Part shown: positions 27,459 through 40,269 of the stretch, in pieces
How positions within the stretch are numbered: the stretch's first letter is position 1
Layout: each line of letters opens with the position of its first letter
Source of the DNA: Felis catus
Lineage: Eukaryota
Reading direction: 5' to 3'
DNA length: 64,000 bases
Assembly (NCBI RefSeq): GCF_018350175.1
Contig: NC_058368.1
Span: 85,252,001 to 85,316,000, forward strand
Notes under the pieces: generated by a model
Database searches by the model: none
What the model was told of the DNA's origin: nothing
What the model saw: only the letters and a program-made list of their open reading frames with translations
Made by a program: the position numbers and the translations under genes

Positions 27459-28654
27459 ATGGATCACAGAAACAAGACCAGAGTCATGGAGTTTATTCTT
27501 CTGGGGTTTCAGAATGAAAAGGAAGTAGAAATTCTTCTTTTTTATGCATTCTTGCTCATGTACATGACGTCTCTGATTGGCAACACCATGATCGTCCTTT
27601 TGGTGTGTGGTGACTACCATCTGCATTCACTCATGTATTTCTTTGTAGCCAATCTTTCCTTCCTTGAAGTTGCCATGACCTCCACAGTGGTGCCTAAGAT
27701 GCTGGCAAACATATTTTCCCTCACCAAGGCAATATCCTTCATAGGATGTCTCACACAGTCTTTCTTCTACTTCTTCTTGGGATCCACGGAATCCTTCATC
27801 CTGGTCGTCATGTCATTTGATCGATACATTGCCATCTGCAACCCATTGAGGTATGCCATCATCATGAACAAACAGACATGCATATTGTTGCTTCTGGGAT
27901 CCTATTTAGGTGCATTTTTGTCAATTTTAGCACCATCAATCTTAACTGCTCCTCTGCCCTTTTGTGGACCAAATATTATCAATCACTTCTTTTGTGACAG
28001 TGGCCCTGTGCTAAAGCTGGTCTGTGCAGATATCGCTCTGGCTGAGCTGGCTGACTTTATCTCCTCTGCTGTGTTGCTCTTGGGCTCCTTGCTCTTCACA
28101 GGAGTGTCTTACATGTACATTATTATTGCTATCCTTAGAATTCCTTCTGTCCAGTGACAGCAGAAAGCTTTCTCCACTTGTGTTTCACACATCACTGTTG
28201 TGACACTTTATTATGGAAGCTCCATCTTTATTTACATCCGCCCAAAAAAGGGTGATGTGATGGATCTTAACAAATTTGCCACAGTGCTGAACACCGTTGT
28301 AACACCGATGTTGAACCCTTTCATCTATAGTCTTCGAAATGAGAAAGTCAAAGAATCCCTGAGAGATGCTTTCAATAAATATGCAGGCATGTTAACAAAT
28401 TCAAGATCTTTTTTAAATTTTTTTTTCAACGTTTATTTATTTTTGGGACAGAGAGAGACAGAGCATGAACGGGGGAGGGGCAGAGAGAGAGGGAGACACA
28501 GAATCGGAAACAGGCTCCAGGCTCCGAGCCATCAGCCCAGAGCCTGACGCGGGGCTTGAACTCACGGACCGCGAGATCGTGACCTGGCTGAAGTCGGACG
28601 CTTAACCGACTGCGCCACCCAGGCTCCCCAAGATCTTTAAAACCACAAAAATAA
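27459..28654 (+). pseudogene. Olfactory receptor family 6-like pseudogene (nonsense codon plus SINE insertion near the C-terminus)
   Basis: MDHRNKT...LHSLMYFF...MSFDRYIAICNPLRY...HFFCDSGP...[17 protein letters not shown]...[16 protein letters not shown]. In-frame TGA at 28155-28157. A SINE at 28412-28629 interrupts the last codons; the original TAA is at 28652-28654. Splice acceptor ttttgtttattatgtcag ends at 27441. Confidence 0.93.
28412..28629 (-). mobile_element. Young felid SINE (SINEC_Fc-type) inserted in the OR coding end
   Basis: Near-identical to the copies at 19661 and 60677; TSD (c)aagatcttt at 28402-28411 / 28629-28638. Confidence 0.95.
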
Positions 28655-31600
28655 TATCTACAACAAAGATATCTTCATGTCTGGCAATAAAATGATTTTG
28701 TAATATAACTCAAAGTTAATATGCTTGCATAAGGAAAACATTTAGGAAAACATATATCACTTCCTGATTTTTGTCCAGGTTTACTTAACAGTAAGTCACA
28801 TAGATCTAAAATTATGTACATGCATTCATAATACATACAAACATACTGATAGATAGATATAAATATGTCAGTAATTATTATTCCCATTTTTTCTGTGCCT
28901 CCAGTGTTTTAAAAATCAAAATTTTGTACAGTCTAGGGATTTTTAATTCAAACAAAGCCAGTATTAGGTGTTTCTTCTGTAAGTATTTTCTTAATTTACC
29001 ACAGTTTTCAAATATTAACTTATATTTCACATTTGATTCATATGGATTGTTTTTAGAAGAAAATATTAAACATGATCTGACTTCAACTTTGAAATGTTGC
29101 GTATATTGTCCCTTTGTTACTTAAATTTGGATTTTAATTGTGGACTGATCTACTCATGACTCCATGTCCTTAGCATTTGTACTCAAATTCTATGCCATAG
29201 AATATAAGGATATATCTACCTGTGGCAAAGGAATTTATCAGAACTTACAGGCCTCTGCTAATTATGCAGACAACTGATAGGTAAGTAGCAGAAATTTATC
29301 ACAATGGCCTATTTACAATATTTTTTTTCAGAATAGTAGGAAATTACTTCAGATACTGAACTTTGAACATAAAAATTTTTATAAGAAGAGGTTTTATTAA
29401 AAACTAATACTAATAATGACCTTGGAATTGCAACATAACTTAGATTGCATCACTTTTTCACTATTTGAAAGGACAGTAAAAATATCTTAATTAGGTATAA
29501 GTGAGAAAATAACTCTAAAGTAAGTACTTAGACTAACATGATCTGTGATCCATCATTGTTACTGTGAATTATATATTTCACGAAAACTGAGCTGTCTCCA
29601 TAACGAGCACGTAATTTCAATCCACAGATCACAGAGGTACTCGTCTCATATACAACAAAATTTTCTGACCATTAAATACTCTGTAAATGTTTCAAGCATG
29701 GCTTTAGCCTTGCTTACAGTAAACTGATATAAAAAACTACAATTTGATTTGTCAATTATTCCCAGATTCCTTCCTATCTGTCTTTTCTGATTCCTAGCTG
29801 TTAACTTCTTATACTCTCCACCTCTCTGACTTTAAAATTCTTACTCTTTTAGAAAAGAAAAAAAAACTATTAATAATTGTGCTCATCTATTCTCAGTTAG
29901 TACCCCCATGTCCTAGCAAGACTTCTATGGCGTGCCTGGATGGAGACCATTCATGGTGTTGAAATCACTATGTGCGAACAGAAAGAAAATTAGAATTTTC
30001 ACTCATAGAATGCCTTTGAAGTTATTATTATTTTACTTTACTGTATTGTCATCAATAAAACCTAGAAATATAATTAATGACTGTATGAAAGGGAGCATAA
30101 CATTTCTGAAGAAAAAATATAAAATCAGCTGGGTAATCACAAGGGGTGACAATAAGATTCCTAGCAACAGATCACTTTTTCCATCATAAGCCTCAGATAA
30201 GGCAGACTTCTTCACATTCCCTGGATATTACAGCTCCTAGGACCTCCTACACTAAATTATATTTAACATGGATCACCCTCCCTCTTGCAATTGGATGGCG
30301 AATTTTATTTCCTAAAAGACTGAGTTTTCAGAATAGGACATTAATGGTGACTGTTTTATTCATTTGTGTTCCATCCCTGGCTAAATAAGTTTCAATTAAG
30401 TGTGTTTCAGTAAGTTACAACTGAAGCACTATACTTTTATAATAAGTCATGTTCATTTTGAATCTGTAAATATATCTTCTAATTATATACTTTTGCATTA
30501 CTCATATTGTATGTGACAATGCTCTGGGAGGAATTTACAAATTTCCAGAAGTTAATAAAAGTTGATTCATATGTTTCTATTTCCCCCAATAAACTAAAAC
30601 ATGAGAAAGTAAAATCACTCATAGAACTCCTTCAAGTTTTAAGATGAGTTCAACCATTTGTCAACAAAATAACAATTTTTGTGTCTAATATCTTACAAGT
30701 ATTAGAAATTTTGTATTCAAACCACTAATGTGAAGATGATGAAAATGAAGCAAAGGAAGTTATGTATTATTGACCGTCACAAAACAGTAAGAGCAAGAGT
30801 TTAATGGAATTCAGAATTTTAGTCATTGTTTCATTTAATATGTATTTCTAGTTCTGTTATATGCAAAGATAGTTCATAGATACCAATGAATCACAGTAAA
30901 GAAAGAAATCTAGGTAAATGTTCAAAATGGCAAAAGGGATAGTGATGAATAAACAATTAATGACAATAGAATTTCATAAATGATCTCTTTTTTTGACCAA
31001 TATAATTACAACATACTGTTTACATGTATATTCATTTAGAAATGTTTCTATAAATATTTACACATATATTTTAATGTAAATATGGATTATACATGCTACT
31101 TTTATTCATGGTAAAATATACATAAAACTTTTTTTTTCTTCTTGAGTGCACAATTCAGTGACATTAAGCACATTCACACCACTGTGCAACCATAATCACT
31201 GTCCATCTCCAGAGCTTAGTCATCCTAAACTCTACTCATTAAAATAAGAGCACAAAAGTTGGTACATAGGTTTGGGCTTGCTACATGATATGTGATCAAT
31301 AAATATTAAAAATTTTTTCTGATGTAACTCAAATGCTAAAGAAATACTATTATCCATTCTTATTCTACCTGTGTCCTGTACCAGTCATCAAGTGAAATTA
31401 TTAGTACTTTTTCACACTTCAGAATGTCAAGTGTTGATGCCACTACCCTACCTACAGGGATAGGATATTGGTTGCCACCTGGGTGGTGAGTAATCCAATT
31501 TCAAAATGTTATTTTATGGGTATGATTTCCAATAACACTTTTTAGAAAGGGGAAATACATCCAGGAGAGGACTCTTGGAATCACTAGAAAACATGTATTC

Positions 31601-31769
31601 CAGGTTACCCCATCAGTGACAGAAGGTATTTGGTATACCAACTCCTATCAGTCATTGATGAAGAACTGGACACAAAATATATTAGATCTTTGGCACATCT
31701 AGTCTGCTACACAACAGGGTTTAATAAGCCAGTAACAGCACTCTGGATTGAAATACAAACATTTCAGTG

Positions 31770-32700
31770 AAAGTGAACTGATAAAGAATTCCTAGAAACT
31801 CACACATTATAAACACTGAAACATGAAGAAATATAAAACTTGACAGACCCAACACCAGACAAGAAATTGAATCAGTAATCAGAAATCTCCCAACAAATAG
31901 GACTCCTGGCCCAGATGGCTTCTCAGGAAATTCTACCAAACATTTAAAGAAGAGTTAATACCTAGTCTATTCAAACTGTTACAAAAAATAGAAATAGAAG
32001 TAAAACTTGAAAACTGGCTCTAAGAAGCCAGCATTACATTTATTTCAAAACCAGCCAAACACCCCCACTGAAGAGGGTAATTACAGTACAATATCCTGAA
32101 TGATCATGGATGCAAAAATTCTTAACAAGACACTAGCAAATAGAATTCAAAAGTACATTAAAATAATTATTCACCATGATCAAGTGAGAATTATTTCTGT
32201 GCCACAGGGCTCACATCAACATCATACACCACATTAAATAAAGTAAGGATAACAACAATACAATCTTCTCAACAGGCAAAAAAAAAAAAAAAGGCATTTG
32301 ACAAAATGCAGCATAGGGGAACATACTTCAACATCATACACACCATATGTGAAAGACCCAAATCTAATACCATCCTCAGAGGGGAAAAATTGAGAATCAT
32401 TCACGTATGGTTAGTAACAAGACAAGTATGTCCACTATTTAACATAGTATTAGAAGTCTTAGCCTCAGAAATAATAAAACAAAAGAAATAAAAAGCATCT
32501 AAATCGGCAAAGAAGAAATCAAACTCCCTATTTGCAGATGACATGGTACTCTGTGTAGAAAATCCAAAAGATTCCACAAATATTTGTAGAAGTAATAAAT
32601 GAATTCAGCAAGATCAACAGATATTAAATCAATGTGCAAAAACTCTCGCATTTCTATACACCAATAACAGAACAACAGACAAATCAAGGAATCACAGTGG
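31770..32700 (+). mobile_element. L1 ORF2 (RT region) fragment
   Basis: cctggcccagatggcttctcaggaaattctacc (PGPDGF) and tttgcagatgacatg (FADDM). Confidence 0.85.
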
Positions 32701-33279
32701 TTAAAAAACTTTGAGTATTCATTTGTTCACAATTTCTCACTTTTGGAAAAGTATGAAATAGCAAAATGTTTCTAGCCTTAAAACTATGACATTTATAAAG
32801 TTTCTGAAAAAAATAAGCAAGAATGCACATAGTTTTGGGAATTGGAGCTAATGAATTAGTGTGTGCATCCTTCTCGAGTAGGATGGTATACATGTGACAC
32901 AGATTTGTTTGTGAGATTTGTTTGCTTCCATTGACAGTCAGATAACTCTGTAATTTAAAGCATTTTGGACACAGCACAGAATTATTTTCATTGGTGTTTT
33001 CAGGGTACCATTTGTCTATTTAAATAATTATAATAGCTTTTAGAGTTCGGCTAAATTTTCAAGCAATGAGATGGGAATGTGTCAGTGGTGACAACTATCA
33101 AAGTGATTTCAATGTCATTAAAAAAGAAAAATAATAATTTATGACATTCAGTTTAAGAAATATAACTTTTTTCTTATTATCCATTAATTTTTTAAGCAAT
33201 TTTTAACATAAAATATATGCCAGCTCGATGACTGGCAAGTAGTGAAAAGTAAAAGTAATTTATAAAAGTCAAACAGAAA

Positions 33280-34545
33280 TCTTCAATTCTAATGGGAAAA
33301 TAAACCTCAAAATAAAAGATAGTATTATTTGACATAGATTTAAAATAACTATGGATAAAATGTTTAAGAAGTTAGAGGACAAATTTGGGATACTGAAAAA
33401 AAATGAAAATTATACAATGGGAAAGAAAGTAAAATACAGAAGTCAATAATGAAATAATTGAATTAAAAACCCAATGGATAAGATTTACTTCAATCTCAAC
33501 CAAATTCAAGCATGATTTTTGGGGAAATTAACAAGCTAATTATGAAATATGTATTTAAAAAAGTAAGAAAAATGGAAAGAATTGTGGAAAAAATTAAGTG
33601 AAATCTGTCAGATTTAGAAATCTTGAGTCAGATACGTAACTGACTCATCTACCCAGGAAACACTTGAAAATAATTTAAAAAGTTGATTTTAAATGTTATT
33701 GCTTAAAAAACAGCAATTATTTGAGGTAATGAAAGTGTCAGCTAACATTATTGCGGTAATCACTTCTCAATGTATAAGTTTATCATATCATCATGTTATG
33801 CACCTTAAAGTTACATACGTTATATAAATAATATTTCAGTAAAGCTGGGGAAACTTATGAAAGATACAGGAAAAAATATATCACCTGGGCAAAAATGTAT
33901 AAACAAGTAAATGAAGAGCACTTCATTCCTTCCTCATTACATATAGAACAACTAAGTTCACATGGATCATATGACTAAATATAAAAAGTAAAATTATAAA
34001 GATTATAGAAGAAGGCATAAGCAAAGATATATTAGAGGTGAAACAACCATTACACAAAAACTGGACCTCCTCAAAAAATGGTATATTGGTAGCTTAAAAT
34101 ATACTTAGCATCATTAGTAATCAAATGCAAATTCAAACCATAGAGATATAAAGCTTTCATAGTCTCAAATGACTTTTAATGACTGTTTTAAAAATATGCA
34201 CAAATCAAAGCATTGAAAAGTATGCGATATAACAGAATTTTTATCACTAGTGGAAGTTTAATGTTATAAAAGCTGAAAATACTCCTTGATGTTTCTTATA
34301 AGATGTAAGATGTGCCTATCCTTTGAAACAGGATTAGACTTTTAAACATTAGTAATTTTTATTAGAAAGTGGACCTATAAAAAGTTGGCACATGTTCATA
34401 CTAGTTTTTTTTCTATAATAATCACACATCAGACCCAATCAAAATCACGAGGAAACAAGGGAGAAACAGAGTATGATAAACTCTATATAGCAAAATGTCA
34501 CTCAGCAATAAAAAAACAAATATTGATATTCACAACCATGTGTGT
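33280..34545 (+). mobile_element. Very old L1M fragments
   Basis: Degenerate L1 ORF2-end/3'UTR motifs (aaatgcaaattcaaacc, cactcagcaataaaaaa). Confidence 0.5.
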
Positions 34546-35812
34546 GGTCCATGGCTACTGCAGTGTCCAGGTCTCTTCCTCTTTCTCCTCTGCTCCTGAG
34601 CTCCCCACTGCAGGCCAGGTTCTGACACCTGTGGTATGAAGGGTGGCCACTGAAACAGCAGCAACAGAACCTGGAAGATAGCAGCCTAAGAGACCAGGGG
34701 AGAGTCAATGCCCAGGAGAAGGTTCTGGCTGGAAAACCATCTGAGAAGCTGTGTGTGGGGGGCAGAGTTCCTATTGATGGCGCCTGGAGGGCATTTCTGA
34801 TGGTCTACACCCTGTGCCAGGCCCAGCAAGCAGGGCAGTAGGCACTGAGGTCCTGACCCAGGAAGAAGGACTACAAATAGGGAGGCAACAGGTGGCTCAG
34901 GAAAGGCAGGAAAGTGTGTTAGAGGTGTGGCCAGCAACAACACCAAGCCCCGTTTTAGGAAGGTCAGACATGAAGCTCCCATGCCATCAGGGCCACGTGG
35001 TATACAGTGGGGCCAACAGGGAGTGCCCACCACACTCCGTGCCTGTACCACCTGAATGGGGAGCCTACTGGCCTCCACAGGGTCACCCCCAGCCCATCCA
35101 GGTTCCACAGCACCACAGGCACACAGAGGGAGAAGGGGAGGTTCCAACCTGTGGGGAAGGGAGGAGGCCATGACATGGGAAGAATGCTAAGGGACAGAGC
35201 ACAGCGACAGTCCACCTTCTGAGGTACACCCTGCACAGTCCCACTTACACCCAAGAAGGTCTTCTACCATCACAGGCAACTTTGAACAGGTCCCAGTGAG
35301 GGCAGCCCATAAGCCTGTGCTGAGGATAACTACTGACAAGTACAACACCACCAGACAGCCCAGAACAAGTACTGCCACTCAGCCCAGGGTGAGCCCTCAG
35401 GCACAGGGCAGAGGTCACAGCCCACTCCTCTTCCCACCTGCATCCACAGAAGATGCTCTGGCACCTCTAAGAACTTCAGGTTTCTGACTGGGAGTCCAGA
35501 GCTTGAGTGAGAAGCAGAACTGCCTGAGCCCAGTCTGTAAGTGAGAGAGGGGCGGCCCTAGTGCGCTCAGCCTGGAGGGGCATCCCTGGCACTGCACCTT
35601 CACTGAGACAAGGGGCTCCTGGCTTCCAGACCCAGAGGCCAGCCTCCCTCCAGGTTCCCAGGGCCCCATCACCTGGCTCAGCCCTGGCAAGGAACAGGTG
35701 CACAGGGTAACAAGGCTGTGCTGTGGAGTAGGGGGTGGAGTGTCTCCTACTCACAAGATTAGACTCAGGGAAGCCACAGTCCTGTGGGCTTCCATCAAGG
35801 AGCACCACAACC
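34546..35812. other. GC-rich, non-repeat-like insert; probable decayed retrocopy of an unidentified gene
   Basis: Abrupt switch from AT-rich L1 sequence to GC-rich, coding-like sequence with scattered stops. No protein family recognised. Confidence 0.45.
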
Positions 35813-36402
<590 letters not shown>

Positions 36403-36702
36403 AAGAATGTTCAGTTACCTCAAGTTCAGTCCATGAAAATGTGTCATGTACAAGTCTTCTCAGCCCTGATACTAACCTTGCCAGTCATATAACCCAGCCT
36501 CAGCCATGACCTGACTGTAGGAGTGCCCCCAGGGGAAAGTGACTCTGGACCCAGTGGACTCCTACAGTGGACTCCTTATCCTACAGGCTGGATAAGGTGC
36601 CACTGTTTTAGTGTACTGAAATTCCATTTGTAATTGGGCTAAAGTTATTCAATAAGTTTCCCTTATAATCCATAGAATATACAGTGATAGTTTAATTTTC
36701 AT

Positions 36703-36912
36703 TCTTTTTTTAAAGTTTGTTTATTTTGAGAGAGTCAGAGACAGCATGAGTAGGGAAAAGGCAGAGAGGGAGAGAGAGAGAGAACCCCAAGCAGTCTCTG
36801 CGCTGTCAACATGGAGCCCTATTCAGGGTTCAAAACCGCAAAACCATGAGATCATGATCTGAGCCAAAATCAAGATTCATACATTTAAACTACTGAGCCA
36901 CCCAGGCACCCC
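36703..36912 (-). mobile_element. Can-SINE
   Basis: ctgagccacccaggcacccc head. Confidence 0.88.
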
Positions 36913-37515
36913 TAATTTCTTTCTTAATATTGATATTTTGTGAGTTCTCTCTTTTTTTACTCAGTAGGGTCTTACATATTTTATTATTTTTTTTTCTAAG
37001 AGCCAATATTTATTTGGCTTGAATTCCTGCATTCTGTATATATTTTCTACTTCATTTTGACTTGAGTTTATTCGTATTATTATTTTCTGTTACCTACTTT
37101 CAGTAAAGTATGCTTTTTCTGGTTGTGTTATGTGGAAATTTGCATAACATATTTTCAACCTGTTATTCTGATTAAGGTGTTTAAAGTTGTAATTTCACCA
37201 TGAAGCCCTGCGTTAGGAAGAAACCACAAATTTTGTGTTGTGCTTTTATTGTCAATATTAAAATACTTTCAAGGTATTTTCTATTTTGTTTTTTTTTATT
37301 TTTTCTTATTCCCAAGGTTTACATAGAAATGGTTACTTAATTCTCAATTCTTTGAGAATTTTTATAAACATTATATTTTATTGAATTCTAATTTAACTCC
37401 ATTATTAGGATATATGCTTCGTATGAGTTCCTTCCTTTGAACTATGTTGAGAATGATTTATGCACCAGCCTATGGTCTGTCTTGATGAACTTTCCATATT
37501 CACTTCCTGAGAGTT

Positions 37516-38016
37516 TGAAGGCATTCAGAGACTGTCACTCCAAAATATGCCACTTTGGCATGTGGATTGTTTTTAGTTATAGGCTCTAGCAATAGCAGGT
37601 GCATAAGGACACTCGGACCCTCCTTTTTATTCTGAAAGCAGGAGATAAAACTCCCTGTGAAATGTGCCCTCCTATACAAGGAGGGAGACATCCTTATCAC
37701 CAGAGACAGGGAATTTAGGATTGACAAGGCTGTGAAATCAAACCCTGTTAATTCTTCACTATTTCTACGTGTAGCCCAAACCCCTCTGTTTTGCAAATTC
37801 TTCAGAAATTCATTGTTTCCTCTTTTGAAAGATATAACATTTTCCTGCTCTGGTCACAACTTCAGGTCTTCATTGCTTTGTAAAGGCTCTCATGTATGTG
37901 TAAAATCTCAATGAAATTTGGACACTTTTCTCCTGTTAATCTGGTTTATGTCAATTTAATCCTTAGGCCCAGCCAGAGACTCTAAGAAGGCAGAAGAGAA
38001 TTTTTCCTTCTCTACA
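37516..38016 (+). mobile_element. Solo ERV1-class LTR (MER34-like)
   Basis: TG...CA termini, 501 bp; ccaaaatatgccactttggca near the 5' end; ttttctcctgttaatctg and ttttccttctctaca at the 3' end. Confidence 0.7.
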
Positions 38017-38659
38017 CATAGAATGTGTGTTCTGAAGATAGTGTGTTGTTTTAATGTTTAACTGGATCAAATTGTTTGACAGTATTTGGAAATTCTATAT
38101 ACTTACTGATATTTTTACTGATAATTACATAGTATTTATCAATTATGGGGAGAGAAGATATTAAAATCTCTGACTATGATACAGACTCAGCAAGTTTTCC
38201 TTGCACTTCCATAAATATTTGGCTTTATGGGGTTGGATGTTCTGTTGCATTGTTACATAATTTGATAATTTGAAATATTATCCCTTTCTTTAAACTGTAT
38301 CATTTTTCCAGTATGTAATACTCTTGATTATATCTCTCAATAGTCTTCACCTTGAAATTTATTTGGTAAATGTCAATGGTCACCATTTTCCCTCTGCTTA
38401 ATATGCCCATAGGATATCTTCTGTATTCTATCCTTTTCTTTTTATGCATATCTCTCTTTAGAATGCATCTTTTATAGACAGTGTAAATCAAGTTCTTCTT
38501 TACCCAGTCTGAGACTTTCTGTCATTACTTGGTGTTTTGTGTTTTAAGTCTATTCCTATTTAATTAAATTTCTCATTCCAATTTTAATTCTACCTGATTA
38601 CTTATTGTCCCTTCATCCTGATTGCTACTGCTGTTGTTCCTCAGTTTGTCCTTTCCTAT

Positions 38660-38775
38660 CTTCTTCCTTCCTTCCTTCCTTCCTTCCTTCCTTCCTTCCT
38701 TTCCTTCTTTCTTCTCTTTCATTCCTCTTTCTTTCTTTCTTTCTTTCTCTTTTCTTTCTTTCTCTTTCTTTTTGT
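38660..38775 (+). repeat. (TTCC)n/(TTTC)n polypyrimidine microsatellite
   Basis: Direct reading. Confidence 0.9.
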
Positions 38776-39039
38776 TAATGACAAATTATTTTACTGTTCC
38801 CTTTCCTTTCTTCCACTATACTGTCACTATACATCCATACTTCCTACTTGCCTCTTCTTCCCCTTGAATCCACCGTGAGATTTTTTTGAAGGATAGAATA
38901 CACTTTATTAGTATAAATGACATATAACCCTTATAAAGTGGCAACACAAGTAGAAATTTGATAAATTTTTCTATAATTTATAGAAATTATAATTTTTTTC
39001 TATGCATTTTTCCTCCTGTATGACCAGAATCAACAATAA

Positions 39040-39795
39040 TTCTTTTATTTTATTTTTACTATTTTACTTTTTGTCCTCATTGTTTTAAATTTAATTCCCA
39101 GTTAGTTAACATATAGTGTAATAATGATTTCAGGAGTAGTATTTTGTGACTCATCACTTACATATAACTCCCAGTGATCATCCCAACAAGTGTCCTCCTT
39201 AATGCCCATCACCCATTTAGCCCATCCCCTGTTACCACCCTCTAGCAACCCTCAGGTTATTCTCTGTGTTTAAGACACTCTTATGGTTTGTCTCCCTCTC
39301 TGTTTTTAATCTTATTTTTTCTTCCCTTCCCCTATGTTCATCCGTTTTGTCTTATTCCAAATATGAGTGAAATCATGTGATATTTGTCTTTTTCTGACAA
39401 ATTTTTCTGACTCATTTCAGTTAGGATTGTACACTCTAGTTCAATCCACACTGTTACAAATGACAAGATATCATTATTTTTATCACTGAGTAATATTCCA
39501 TAGTTTATATGTATACCACATCTGCTTTATCCATTTATCAGTCAGTGGACGTTGGACTCTTTCCATACTTTGGCTATTGTTGATAGTGCTACTATAGACA
39601 CTGGGATGCATGTGAACCTTCAAATCACAATTTTTGTATACTTTGGATAAATACCCAGCAGTGCAATTGCCAGATCATAGGGTAGTTCTATTTTGAATTT
39701 TTTGAGGAGCCTCCATATTGTTCTCCAGAGAGGCTGCACCATTTTTCATTCTCACCAGTAGTGTAAAAGGGTTCCTCTTTCTCTGCATCCTCTGA
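39040..39795 (-). mobile_element. Carnivore L1 3' end
   Basis: cccagtgatcatcccaacaagtgtcctccttaatgcccatcaccc plus other L1 3'UTR motifs; T-rich tail. Confidence 0.85.
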
Positions 39796-39896
39796 AACCA
39801 CCTTGAGATTTCTAGTGTCCACTTCCTACACCTGCATACACTTCCTCTTCCTATGCCCTATTTCTCAAATATAATAATCATTAGTCAACTTTTATT

Positions 39897-39924
39897 ACAT
39901 ATATATGTATACGTATGTGTATAT

Positions 39925-39965
<41 letters not shown>
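39897..39965 (+). repeat. Compound (TA)n/(CA)n microsatellite
   Basis: Direct reading. Confidence 0.85.
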
Positions 39966-40029
39966 AACTCTGTTATTGCACATTAGATACTTTTATGGTG
40001 TTTATATATATATACTTACTATCTTGTTA

Positions 40030-40031
<2 letters not shown>

Positions 40032-40066
<35 letters not shown>

Positions 40067-40269
40067 ATGTGTGTGTGTGTTTAGTAAGAGAGAGAGAGAG
40101 AGAGAGAGCCAGTTGGGGAGAGGCATAGAGAGGGAGACATACAATTCAAAGCAGGCTCCAGGCTCTGAGTTGTCAGCACAGAGCCCGACACCAGGCTTGA
40201 ACTCACAAACTGTGAGACCATGACCTGAGCTAAAGTCGGACGCTTAACCGACAGCTATCCAGATACCCC
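40032..40269 (-). mobile_element. Can-SINE with (TG)n-expanded tail
   Basis: aagtcggacgcttaaccgac, ggctctgagttgtcagcacagagccc. Confidence 0.85.

Larger units (their letters stand above)
36620..38600 (-). mobile_element. Old L1M ORF2 fragment (interrupted by a SINE and an LTR)
   Basis: Antisense L1 endonuclease-region texture; ORF 38300-38491 (INFKVKTIERYNQEYYI) resembles the L1 EN domain. Confidence 0.6.

Noticed and set aside
28200..28547. 115-aa ORF as a separate gene
   Set aside because: It is the post-stop remainder of the OR pseudogene running into a SINE.
34686..35808. Overlapping 60-161 aa ORFs as real proteins
   Set aside because: Expected in GC-rich DNA on both strands; no recognisable domain or splice structure.
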